IMG/VR virus record: IMGVR_UViG_3300049489_000993
Coordinates: 25,457-89,456 of that record
Direction: 5' to 3' (one strand)
DNA: 64,000 nt
Origin: a virus
A program made the translations under genes and the position numbers. The notes under the pieces were generated by a model. It was not told the DNA's origin and ran no database searches. It was given only the letters and a program-made list of their open reading frames with translations. Each line of letters opens with the position of its first letter. Positions within the stretch are counted from its first letter, which is position 1. Positions 28,197 to 36,654 of this stretch are shown piece after piece.

Positions 28197-29636
28197 TCAG
28201 ATGGACAGGGACTTGGTGCTGTCCGCGCGGCCCACGTTCTTGAACAGGACGTTCTTGTTGGGGCTGTGCAGCGTGAGCGTGAGGTACAAGACCTGTGCCC
28301 AGCGCGTGGACGTGTCGATCGTCGCGAGCGGAATGCGCGTGAACGGCGCAAGCTGCTTGACGACGAGGTTCTGTCGGTTTCCCTGGATCAAAGCCGCCTT
28401 GGTCGAGCCGGGGATGTCGCCGTTCAAGTCGCCGAACGAGGTCACCGCGCCCGTGCGCTTGACCTGAATCATCTCGACGGCCTCTGCGAGCAACCCGTTC
28501 TTTGGTGAGCGGTAGACGACGTAGCACGATGCCAACGGCGAACCGTCGGAGATCGTGAACGACACCTTCTGTCCCGCCGCGACCGTGATCGCCGCGCCAG
28601 CATTGACGGCGACGGGCGCCGAGATGCCGTAGCGGTTACGAGCCGCGACGTAGTAGCGGTAGTCGCCCGCGTCCGCCGAAGCGAACAGGGAGACCTCGCC
28701 GCCACCGGGCGCGCCAGCGGTGCCTGCGCCGAGCACGGGCACGCCGGGGCGCTTGGAGACGTCGCCAATGCCAGCCGCGACCGGAATGCGACCTGGCTCG
28801 ATGAACACGTCCGGGTTGAACCGGATGGGTCCTGCCTGCGTGCGCATGCCGGAGACCTGAAAGCCTGCCATCCCGTCGGCCGCGGGCGTCGGGAGCGCCG
28901 CTCGCTGCGTGGGGTAGAACAGCTTGGCAAAGTCACTGTATACGCCGTCGCTCATCCACAAATCGGTTGGGATACCGAAGTTGGGCGCCGCTCGGACGAT
29001 GTGCGCCGCTTCCTCGACGACGTCTTGGTTCAGCGGCTTGCCTCGCATGTCGATGACGTTCGCGCTGTTCGCGTTCGCCTGAATCTGCGGGAACAAACCA
29101 TCGAACTCGGACGAGACAAGGTTCGAGTCGGCGTAGAACAGCGCCTTCTCGACCTGGCGGAGCAACCACATGGTGCCGTTGGTCGTCTCCTGCGCGACGA
29201 CGCTGCCGATGTGCGTGCGCACCGTCTGCATTACGTGCGTGACCCGACGGGTGACGCCCATGTATTTGACGATGTTGAACTCACGGCTGTAGGTCGCGTC
29301 GTCCTCGGCGGGCAGCTCACCTTCTTCGATGAAGGCAGCAACGCCGTTGCCGTACTCGCGCAGTCGCGAATACTCCTCGACGGTGTTGTACGCCGCGGTC
29401 TTGTCGATGGCCTTCCAGAAGGCGATCGACTCCTCCGTGTACGTGACCACCTTCAAGGTGTTGTCGAGCGACTCCGGCTTCAGCGTGAAACCGTCGCCGG
29501 CGACGACGGAACCCGGAGCGTTGCGCTCCTGGCCCGAGCGAAGTGCCTTCTGCAAGTTGACAAGGTCTTCTGCGGACGCCGACCCGAAACCGTCCACGTT
29601 CTCGTAGTCGGCGGCGCTCACAAGTGAACCCATCAT
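28197..29636 (-). CDS. Major capsid protein (SPO1/Twort-like type)
   Basis: LQKALRSG...LKPESLDNTLKVVTY...FWKAIDKTAAYNTVEEY, FIEEGELP..DDATYSR, VEKALFYADS, EFDGL, VIDMRGKPL; follows protease and scaffold. Confidence 0.9.
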   Translation of the reverse strand: MMGSLVSAADYENVDGFGSASAEDLVNLQKALRSGQERNAPGSVVAGDGFTLKPESLDNTLKVVTYTEESIAFWKAIDKTAAYNTVEEYSRLREYGNGVAAFIEEGELPAEDDATYSREFNIVKYMGVTRRVTHVMQTVRTHIGSVVAQETTNGTMWLLRQVEKALFYADSNLVSSEFDGLFPQIQANANSANVIDMRGKPLNQDVVEEAAHIVRAAPNFGIPTDLWMSDGVYSDFAKLFYPTQRAALPTPAADGMAGFQVSGMRTQAGPIRFNPDVFIEPGRIPVAAGIGDVSKRPGVPVLGAGTAGAPGGGEVSLFASADAGDYRYYVAARNRYGISAPVAVNAGAAITVAAGQKVSFTISDGSPLASCYVVYRSPKNGLLAEAVEMIQVKRTGAVTSFGDLNGDIPGSTKAALIQGNRQNLVVKQLAPFTRIPLATIDTSTRWAQVLYLTLTLHSPNKNVLFKNVGRADSTKSLSI

Positions 29637-29681
29637 TTCTTTCTCTCCTGGTTAGATGTCGAGCGGGATGCGCCGACGGAA

Positions 29682-30557
29682 TCAGAGCCCGAGTCGCGTG
29701 GGATCGATCCCGCGCTTCTTGGCGACCGCGAGCATCGCCTGCTTGCCGACCATGCCGGTCGACTCGTACATGGAGATGGCGTGCGTCCAGTCGACGCCCG
29801 ACTCCTTGTCGCTCTTGAACAGATCGAACATGGTGTCGAGGATCTGTGGGCGTGACAGGACGGAGGCGCCGCCGCCCTCGCTCTTGTTCATGGTGTCGTT
29901 GACTTTGCGACCGACGGCAGAGATGCCTTTTGCGGCAACGGCTTGCGGCGCGCTGCGCGGGGCGGTCTCGCTCTTGGCGAGCTGCGCCTTCAGGGCACGG
30001 ATCTCACCGGCCTGGGATGCGAGGACGCGCGCGAAGGCGCGGTTGAACTCGCCCAGCTCGGCGAAGCTCTTGCGAATCTCAATGCGGTTGGCGTCGAGGC
30101 TTTCACCTAGCTTGTTGCCGAGCGCGTCGAGGAACTCCGACACCTCGAAACCTTGCTCAACTTTGGGATCTTCCACGAGTGTCTCCTTGGTGCTCTTTTC
30201 GAGTGAGTCGTCGTCGCTGGCGAGGGTCGCCAACTCTTCTTTTTCCGACTTGGTGAGCGCCTCGCCCTTTGCGAGCTTGGCGGCGAGGGTGGTTTGACGG
30301 AGGGACACCCCGTTGGCCTGCGCCTTCACGAGGGAGTCCATTTCGTCGAGGGCTTTGAGGAGGTCGATCTCGTCAATGCCGCCCTTCTCGGCGCCCTCGT
30401 CGTCTTCGTCCTCATCCTCGTCGTCTTCGTCTTCGTCCTCATCCTCGTCGTCTTCGTCGTCTTCGCCGGAGGCATCGGCGCCCTGGTCTTGGTCAGGCAT
30501 GGCCTTCTCGACTTCCTCGAGCGGCGCGGTATCAACGACGGGCTTCTGCTTTGCCAT
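29682..30557 (-). CDS. Capsid scaffolding protein
   Basis: Highly acidic (poly-D/E), helical, many xxKS/KA motifs; between protease and MCP; AAGGAG SD before ATG 30557. Confidence 0.75.
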   Translation of the reverse strand: MAKQKPVVDTAPLEEVEKAMPDQDQGADASGEDDEDDEDEDEDEDDEDEDEDDEGAEKGGIDEIDLLKALDEMDSLVKAQANGVSLRQTTLAAKLAKGEALTKSEKEELATLASDDDSLEKSTKETLVEDPKVEQGFEVSEFLDALGNKLGESLDANRIEIRKSFAELGEFNRAFARVLASQAGEIRALKAQLAKSETAPRSAPQAVAAKGISAVGRKVNDTMNKSEGGGASVLSRPQILDTMFDLFKSDKESGVDWTHAISMYESTGMVGKQAMLAVAKKRGIDPTRLGL

Positions 30558-30570
30558 GGTCTCTGCTCCT

Positions 30571-31371
30571 TCAGGCCGCCTTGGCGGCGCGAGATACGGC
30601 GAACGCAAGAATGCGGACGGCCGTGGTTTTGTCGACGTCTGGATAGCGACGCTTGATCAAGATGAGGGCTTCGCTCTTGCCGAGCTTCTTTTTCTTCTTC
30701 GATCGACGAGCTTTGTAGCCCTCGATGGATTCCGGCATGACAACACGCCCAGCGCCCGCGCCGGTGAGCGGCACGCCGGCCGGTACTGCACCTGGGTCGG
30801 AGCCACCTGCCGGAGGACCGACGGCGAGCGCCTTGTTCATCGCGTCTAGGCTCTTGCTCAACACCTCGAGCGCGGTGTCGGGGTTCACAGGGCAGTTGGT
30901 TACCGCCACGTTTTTGACGACGGCAGAAGCGATGATCGGGGTGCCCCCCTTGTTCAACCGCTGAGTGACCTTGCCTTCGATCGAGAACCCAAGTCGGCGT
31001 GAAGTACGCTGGAGCGAGCGTGCCAGCCCCCAAACACGGTCGGCGGGAGGGTGTCCTTTGAGTAAGTAGCCCTCGACAAACCACCCGGATTTGTCAGCGG
31101 TGCGCCCGTTTGGGAGCGTCTCGCCCTTCTCGATGAGCTTGGCGGTCTCGGGGAAGCCGATAATGTCCGCCGTTGCGCGGGAATGGTTGTCGTTGAACCA
31201 GCCGTCGCGGAGAAAGGGGGTGAAGTCCAAGCCGGACTGCAAGACCTTCTCACCCTGCTTGTCGAGCTTGGCGGTCGTGACGAAGCCGGCGATGCGGCGT
31301 TCCTTCTCCGGCTCGCCGGCCTTCTCGAAAGGCTCAATCTCGACGTCAAAGGAGAAGTCTTGCTCGATCAC
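30571..31371 (-). CDS. Prohead protease
   Basis: IAGFVTT..LDKQGEKV...GWFNDNHS...IIGFP...VEGYL...LGFSIEG...VAVTNCPVNP (His/Ser catalytic motifs of herpes-like prohead proteases). Confidence 0.9.
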   Translation of the reverse strand: MIEQDFSFDVEIEPFEKAGEPEKERRIAGFVTTAKLDKQGEKVLQSGLDFTPFLRDGWFNDNHSRATADIIGFPETAKLIEKGETLPNGRTADKSGWFVEGYLLKGHPPADRVWGLARSLQRTSRRLGFSIEGKVTQRLNKGGTPIIASAVVKNVAVTNCPVNPDTALEVLSKSLDAMNKALAVGPPAGGSDPGAVPAGVPLTGAGAGRVVMPESIEGYKARRSKKKKKLGKSEALILIKRRYPDVDKTTAVRILAFAVSRAAKAA

Positions 31372-31386
31372 GACAATCCCACCCCG

Positions 31387-31428
31387 AAAAACGAAAATGG
31401 GCGCCACCGCGTTGTGCAGTAGCGCCCA
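31387..31428 (-). terminator. Terminator-like hairpin + U tract immediately upstream of protease gene
   Basis: TGGGCGCTACTGC-ACAAC-GCGGTGGCGCCCA (13-bp stem with G:U pairs) then TTTTCGTTTTT. Confidence 0.6.
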
Positions 31429-31469
31429 CCTCTTGTGCCACATGTGCGGCTAGGCCCTTGGGTGAGGGC

Positions 31470-31499
31470 AGACTAGGGGCGAGGTTGGATCTTGGTCAA
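31470..31499 (-). promoter_or_regulatory. Putative sigma70-type promoter
   Basis: TTGACC-N18-TAGTCT in the intergenic gap upstream of protease-scaffold-MCP. Confidence 0.4.
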
Positions 31500-31705
31500 G
31501 AACGCCGCAGAACGAGCCGTGTGGGCTCGTGGGCGGGGATGGCGCTTTTGGCGAGGGTTACAGGGACCGGAATCTCAGCGTGGCACCTGGGGCACGAGGT
31601 GAGGCACGTCTCGCCCAGGGCGTCGAATACGAGAATGGGCACGCGCACCTTGAGCTTGTCGCCGCTCTTTTGCAGGAGGTTGTGCGCGCACTCGGGACAC
31701 CGCAT
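31496..31705 (-). CDS. Small zinc-ribbon protein (Mu Com-like)
   Basis: MRCPECAHNLLQK...CPRCHAE, two CxxC pairs in 69 aa; ATG overlaps upstream TAA. Confidence 0.6.
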   Translation of the reverse strand: MRCPECAHNLLQKSGDKLKVRVPILVFDALGETCLTSCPRCHAEIPVPVTLAKSAIPAHEPTRLVLRRS

Positions 31706-34700
31706 TACCCATCATCGTCTGATTCCCCGAGCATGCGCAAAGCGTCGTGGAGCGGGGGAATGGCGCGGCGGCGTTCCATCTCTTGCTCGGCGCGCGCATG
31801 GTTTCGCTTGGAGCCCGCGCGGGCGCCCTCGCGGAGGTCGCGCAGCGTTTGCGGCACGTAGCCCTCGGTGGTGGGCGGCTCGCGCTCGACGCGCACGAAC
31901 AGCGGGCGAAACCGATCTGCGCCCGCCTTGAAACGCTCGCGTGCGTCGGCTTCCTTTTGCTTGTCCTTTTTGCGCTTGTCCTTCTTCGCTTTGAGGGTGA
32001 GGCGGATGCTGTCCGCGGCCTGCATGTTGGACGGCGGGCGCTGTTTCTTGGGGGCGTCTTGGTTGCCGAGCCAAGACATCATGGTCAGGCGCGTGGGGTT
32101 GTTCGCGAGCGCCTGTAAGGCGTCAGGATCGCTTTTCTGCGCATCGGGGTAGGTACGGGGCACCTCGAGCGCGCGAGCGTCTTGGCGGGTGCCCTGGAGC
32201 CGCTCGACGAACTCCTCGAATGGGAACACGGTAACGCCGCCCAGGAAGCGGGGGTCGCTGTAGTGGGTGAGATACGCCGCGACGGCCTCTGACTGGCTTG
32301 GGAAGCCCAGCATGACCTTGTCCTCGTCCTCGTCGGCGAAGGCGCCGTTGGGGCCGCGTTTTTTCATTTGGTGGACGACGTAGACGTTCTCGGCGTTCTC
32401 GTTGGGACCGACGTAGACGTCCACCTTGTCGCCGTCGAGCCCTTCGGTGCGATGAATCTCCCCGTACGGGAACTGCATTTCCGTTTCGCCGTGCTCGCCG
32501 GTGTGCTCGTCGAACCATTGGCGCGTGGAGCCGGCGGGGTTCTCGACGTGGATGTGGAGCCCACGGAAGCGGATGTCGGCCTTGAACAGCGAGAGCTGTC
32601 CCTGCGGGGGAGGTGGCGCCGAGGCGGTGAGCTTGGTGGCGGGATCGGGGATGGGGTGTGCGGCGGGGGTCTCCTGGCGTCCGTACACCGCGTTGTGCGC
32701 CGCGTGCCACTCGGGGCCGAGGGCGGCGACGCGCTTCTCGAACGCCGTGAGGGCGCGCTTGATGGCGGCGTCGTCGCGCCCATATTTCCGCTTGTGCTCG
32801 CGCGGGTCCATGCCCTCGGTCGCGCCCCCACCTACGCGGCGCGCGGTGGCCTTCCCGGCGACGTAGGACAAGAACACTTTGACGCCCGATGCGAGAGTGA
32901 CCGTCTCCTCGGCGCCGGAACCGTCTGTGTGGCTCTTGAAGTCGCCGGGGGCGGGTTGTGTTGGTGGGGACTGTGCCGGAGCCGGAGCCGGAGGTGGTGC
33001 CGCGACCGCTTCCAGCGTGCGCGTGGCGTCCGCGATGGGTGTGGTGGGTGCCGCGGAAGGCGTGCTCGGCGGGGGCTCCACGGCCTTGCCTTGGATCTTC
33101 GCCAGTACGTCTGCCATCGCGAGGGGCTTTTCCATCCACTCGCGCTCGGCGGGCGAGATTTGCTTGCCCTGATTGATCTTCGCGGCGAGGTCGTACTTAC
33201 GACGGAGAATCGCCGTCACGTTCTCGTCGAACTTGTTGTCCTCCGCAACGACCCAGTAGATGTTGACGGCGTTTTGCTGGCCGATGCGGTGTGCTCGGTC
33301 TTCGGCTTGGCCGATGTCGGCAGCGGTCCACGGGAGGTCGTTGAACACGACCTTGTCGGCGGCGGTGAGCGTGGCGCCGACGGCCAGCGACGGGCGCGTC
33401 GAAACGAACACGCGCTTGGGCGAGCCCTCCCGCATGAACTCGGCCTTGGCGGCTTCGCGCACGTCGTCGGATTGCTGGCCGTAGTGCAGGATGGCCTCGT
33501 CACCCAGCTCGGCGACAATGGCTTTCGCGGCGGCGACCGACTCAGAGAACACAAGCACCTTGCTGTCGGAGCTGCCAAGGATCTCCTTCACCATCTCGAC
33601 GGTGGCGGGAGCCTTCGCGAGTGCGAGCTGGCCTCGGATGCGGCTGTATTCGCCGACCGAGGTCGACGGCGCACCGCGACCGCCCGCGCCGTACTCGCCG
33701 ACCGCTTCTGCGTAGAGGTCGGCGTCGTTCTCCTCATCGCGACGCGACTCCCGGAAGTCTTCGGCCGCTTTCGCGTATGCGGCCTTCTGGCGCTCGGTCG
33801 CTCCGGGCGGTGGCGGCTTGGGCTCTCGCACCTCGCCGATATCGGGGGCACCTGGCGCGTAGAGTGTGCTGATCGTGGTCTGCTTCGGCGGAAGGTCTTT
33901 CAGCACCTCAGCCTTCGTGCGCGCGAGGTAGTGGGGGCGCATCTTGTTCCACGCCGCCCCGTGCGTCGCCCCCTTCAACTCTTTCGCCGAGCCCCACAGG
34001 CCCGGCACGACCATCTCGAGCTGCGTGAACAGCTCATCCTTGCGGTTCTTGACGGCGGTGCCGGACATGAGGATGTGGTGCTGCGTGATCTTTGCTACAC
34101 TTTGAATCGCCTTAGTAGTTTTGGCTTTGGGGTTTTTCGCACGGTGACTGTTGTGGACTAGGACGCCACCGACGGAGAAGGATGGGTGCCCAGCCACCTT
34201 GAGATCGTAGTAGTGACCCGCTTCGTTTCCTGGGTAACTTCCCGATTGGTGAACCGTAACGTCGCCCACCCTAACTCCCGCAACTTCTCCTCTTTCTTGA
34301 AATCCTGGCCTTTCCGAGACAAGTGCGAGAAGCCATCCACTTCGACGCTGAGCTTCCGATCTACCAATGCGAGGTCGGCTTTGTAGTTGGTGGGATAGCC
34401 GGGCTGTCGCCGACCAAGGCTGATCGCGTGATTCCACTTCCACGGAGGGCCGAGCGCCTCGAGTAGCGTTCGCTCGGCTTCTGTCGGTCCCGTACCGTTG
34501 CCTCTGCGCACCGTCGGCTTCCAACCCATCGCCTTGAGCGACGCCGACGCCTTGGCGCGCGTCTCTGCACTGCGCATCGGGTTGTTCGCCCTCATCCGCG
34601 CCGAGCACGCCGGGCTCTTCTTCCCAATATTCGCCGCCCGCAGAGCAGCCTTCCCTTCCGGCGTCATCAGGCTCTTCGCGTAGCCCGGACGGCTCATCCT

Positions 34701-36654
34701 CCACTTCGCTGAACAGGAGGTCCCGCAGAAACGATTCTTGCTCCGAGGCGGCGTGAAGGTCTTCCCGCAAAAGGCGCATGGCTTCTGTGTGGCTGACAAG
34801 CGTGTCTCCGGGCTTGAGGTCTTCGGCGTAGATCCAACCTCTCCCGGTGAAGAACGGATGGTGCGCCGAGCACGTCACAGACGTGCTGCCGTACCTTAGC
34901 TCGATGCGATTGGCAAAACCAGACCGCCGAAACGCGCCTAGAACTGGAGCCGGACCGAGAGCCGATAGGACAATGTCGCCGACTTGAATCTGATCGATAC
35001 GACGAGGGCCGGTCGGCGTGTCAACGAGCGTCTCAGGACCGAAGCATTCGTCGACAATCAGTGTATCAAAGCCCGCCGCTTTGAGATAGGGCATGAACTT
35101 CTCGAGGCTTTCGTAGTTGACCGTCACGAGATTCTTGCCCGAGAGGTCCATCAGGCCCTTCTCGCCGCCCGCGTGCATCGCCGCGAGGAACGCGGCAGGG
35201 TCATCGATCGACGCAAGGTCGGTGCCCTTCTTGCCTTTGCCCGTAAGCAGATCCTTGGACCGAAGCTCCTTCGCATCGAAGTGCCCTGGGAAGAACTTGT
35301 GGGCTTCTTGAATCCAAGTGCGGCGCACAACCTTCGGCACGACGACGATCGCCTTCTTGTTGTTCTTGGCGACCCACGCAAGCGCCTGAAGCGTTTTGCC
35401 AAGCCCCATTTCGTCGCCGACGATGGCGTTGCCGTCGTTGCCGTCGAGGAAGCGCACCATCGCGTTCTGGTACGGCTTGAGCGCAAAGCCTGGCGCGAGC
35501 TTGGCTTGCACCTCGGGAATCGGGGCCTCGGCGGCGGCTTTGTCGCGCGCGGCTTTGTCGGCGGCGTCTTTGATCTTGGGATCGAGCACGAACGTGAAGT
35601 GCGGGAGTGCGGCGCGGAGCTTCTCGAGCGCCTCCTCCATGAGCGCGTGCGAGAACGTGGAGCGGCTCCAGGTGCGGGGATCCGCTTCGATGATGCCGGT
35701 GAGCTTGCCGGTTTTGTTCGACATGATCTCGTTGAAGTCGCGTGAGAATGTCGAATAGAACACAAAGCGGCCGTCGTCCTCCTGCACAAGCGCGATCGTG
35801 TCGCGGGCGCGCTTGTTCACGATGGCCGAAGCGACTTCGTACACGTCGACGGGCCGTGGGGGCGTCGGCGGTTGTGCGACGGGCGTGGCAACGGGGGCCT
35901 GCTCCACGATCTCCGGCTTCTCGGGGATGTGGATCTTGATCCCACGCTTCTCGAGCGCCGCGACGTAGGCGCTTGGATCTTGCGCCACGGGGTGTGTCGG
36001 TGGGACCGTCTCGCGCGCGGCGGCACCGCGCTCCCCGTTCCAGCGGAACCCGTGCGTGCGGTGAATGTCCTTGAACGCGGCGAACTTGTCGCCGAGGTAC
36101 TGCGCCGTGCGGATGTGCAAGCCCCCGTTGGACGTCCACTGGCCGACGAGGTCGGCGTCCGCAGTTGCCGGCGGCGGGTCCGCGAGGCCCACGCGGATGA
36201 ACGCCTCGAGCCCGTAGTGCCCGACGAGCTGCCGGCGGTACTTGCGCAGCATCCGGCGCATGCGCTCGACGTCTCCGCGGGCGCTTCCCCACGACTGATA
36301 GTCGAGCTTGTTGAAGCCAATGTCGTTCTGCTCGCGGACCTCGTCGACGGAATGCAACGCGTCGCCCATGCGCTCGAGGAGAGCGACCGCTTCCGGGTCC
36401 GCGTGACGCTCCTTGAACTCGTGGTGCGCCTGCTTGTCCTCGACGACCTCCCACTCGCCCTTCGCGTTCTTGCGGTGGAGCTTGCCGTCGGCCCATTGGT
36501 GGACGGTGCCGGCGACAGCGGCTTCCGCTTTCGCGATGGCGTCCTCGACATACAGGCGGATGGGGCTGTCGGCAGAGTCACTCATACGGGGCCTCCGCGT
36601 CGGAAACCCTAACGAGCTTGGACCTATAGTCTCAAGCGTGAGACGTCCAGTCAT
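31705..36654 (-). CDS. Large polyvalent protein: SNF2/SWI2 helicase (intein-containing) + inorganic pyrophosphatase domain
   Basis: LKPYQ, GDEMGLGKT, IVDE|SH, MSGTAVKN, KVLVFS, DLPWTAADIGQAEDRAHRIGQ; C-terminal GLHIHVENPAGSTR...YGEIHRTEGLDGDKVDVYVG...DEDKVMLGF (InPase). Start either ATG 36654 (ATGA overlap) or ATG 36585 (GGAGG SD). Confidence 0.85.
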   Translation of the reverse strand: MTGRLTLETIGPSSLGFPTRRPRMSDSADSPIRLYVEDAIAKAEAAVAGTVHQWADGKLHRKNAKGEWEVVEDKQAHHEFKERHADPEAVALLERMGDALHSVDEVREQNDIGFNKLDYQSWGSARGDVERMRRMLRKYRRQLVGHYGLEAFIRVGLADPPPATADADLVGQWTSNGGLHIRTAQYLGDKFAAFKDIHRTHGFRWNGERGAAARETVPPTHPVAQDPSAYVAALEKRGIKIHIPEKPEIVEQAPVATPVAQPPTPPRPVDVYEVASAIVNKRARDTIALVQEDDGRFVFYSTFSRDFNEIMSNKTGKLTGIIEADPRTWSRSTFSHALMEEALEKLRAALPHFTFVLDPKIKDAADKAARDKAAAEAPIPEVQAKLAPGFALKPYQNAMVRFLDGNDGNAIVGDEMGLGKTLQALAWVAKNNKKAIVVVPKVVRRTWIQEAHKFFPGHFDAKELRSKDLLTGKGKKGTDLASIDDPAAFLAAMHAGGEKGLMDLSGKNLVTVNYESLEKFMPYLKAAGFDTLIVDECFGPETLVDTPTGPRRIDQIQVGDIVLSALGPAPVLGAFRRSGFANRIELRYGSTSVTCSAHHPFFTGRGWIYAEDLKPGDTLVSHTEAMRLLREDLHAASEQESFLRDLLFSEVEDEPSGLREEPDDAGREGCSAGGEYWEEEPGVLGADEGEQPDAQCRDARQGVGVAQGDGLEADGAQRQRYGTDRSRANATRGARPSVEVESRDQPWSATARLSHQLQSRPRIGRSEAQRRSGWLLALVSERPGFQERGEVAGVRVGDVTVHQSGSYPGNEAGHYYDLKVAGHPSFSVGGVLVHNSHRAKNPKAKTTKAIQSVAKITQHHILMSGTAVKNRKDELFTQLEMVVPGLWGSAKELKGATHGAAWNKMRPHYLARTKAEVLKDLPPKQTTISTLYAPGAPDIGEVREPKPPPPGATERQKAAYAKAAEDFRESRRDEENDADLYAEAVGEYGAGGRGAPSTSVGEYSRIRGQLALAKAPATVEMVKEILGSSDSKVLVFSESVAAAKAIVAELGDEAILHYGQQSDDVREAAKAEFMREGSPKRVFVSTRPSLAVGATLTAADKVVFNDLPWTAADIGQAEDRAHRIGQQNAVNIYWVVAEDNKFDENVTAILRRKYDLAAKINQGKQISPAEREWMEKPLAMADVLAKIQGKAVEPPPSTPSAAPTTPIADATRTLEAVAAPPPAPAPAQSPPTQPAPGDFKSHTDGSGAEETVTLASGVKVFLSYVAGKATARRVGGGATEGMDPREHKRKYGRDDAAIKRALTAFEKRVAALGPEWHAAHNAVYGRQETPAAHPIPDPATKLTASAPPPPQGQLSLFKADIRFRGLHIHVENPAGSTRQWFDEHTGEHGETEMQFPYGEIHRTEGLDGDKVDVYVGPNENAENVYVVHQMKKRGPNGAFADEDEDKVMLGFPSQSEAVAAYLTHYSDPRFLGGVTVFPFEEFVERLQGTRQDARALEVPRTYPDAQKSDPDALQALANNPTRLTMMSWLGNQDAPKKQRPPSNMQAADSIRLTLKAKKDKRKKDKQKEADARERFKAGADRFRPLFVRVEREPPTTEGYVPQTLRDLREGARAGSKRNHARAEQEMERRRAIPPLHDALRMLGESDDDG
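34150..35046 (-). mobile_element. Intein (299 aa) in SNF2 Walker B (DE|SH), without in-frame endonuclease
   Basis: Begins CFGPETLVDT, block B TCSAHHPFFT, ends YDLKVAGHPSFSVGGVLVHN|S; removal restores LIVDESHRAKN. Confidence 0.9.
34158..34799 (-). CDS. Zn-finger + DUF559/Vsr-like endonuclease overprinted in +1 frame inside the intein
   Basis: CAFCGKTF...RFCGTSC zinc finger; basic helical NNPMRSAETRAKASASLK segment; nuclease core PTEAERTLLEAL...YKADLAL...KLSVEVDGFSH...D...LRELGWATLRFTNREV; GGAG 6 nt before TTG; TAG stop. Confidence 0.8.
   Translation of the reverse strand: MSATQKPCAFCGKTFTPPRSKNRFCGTSCSAKWRMSRPGYAKSLMTPEGKAALRAANIGKKSPACSARMRANNPMRSAETRAKASASLKAMGWKPTVRRGNGTGPTEAERTLLEALGPPWKWNHAISLGRRQPGYPTNYKADLALVDRKLSVEVDGFSHLSRKGQDFKKEEKLRELGWATLRFTNREVTQETKRVTTTISRWLGTHPSPSVAS

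Noticed and set aside
30395-30465. (TCG/TCC/TCT/TCA)n-like low-complexity run
   Set aside because: Encodes the poly-Asp/Glu tract of the scaffold protein; not a microsatellite or CRISPR element.
35201-36496. Other long same-strand alternative-frame ORFs (431 aa here; 32123-33139, 6162-7262)
   Set aside because: Arg/Pro/Ala-rich translations expected from off-frame reading of GC-rich genes; unlike 34158-34799 they show no coherent motifs.
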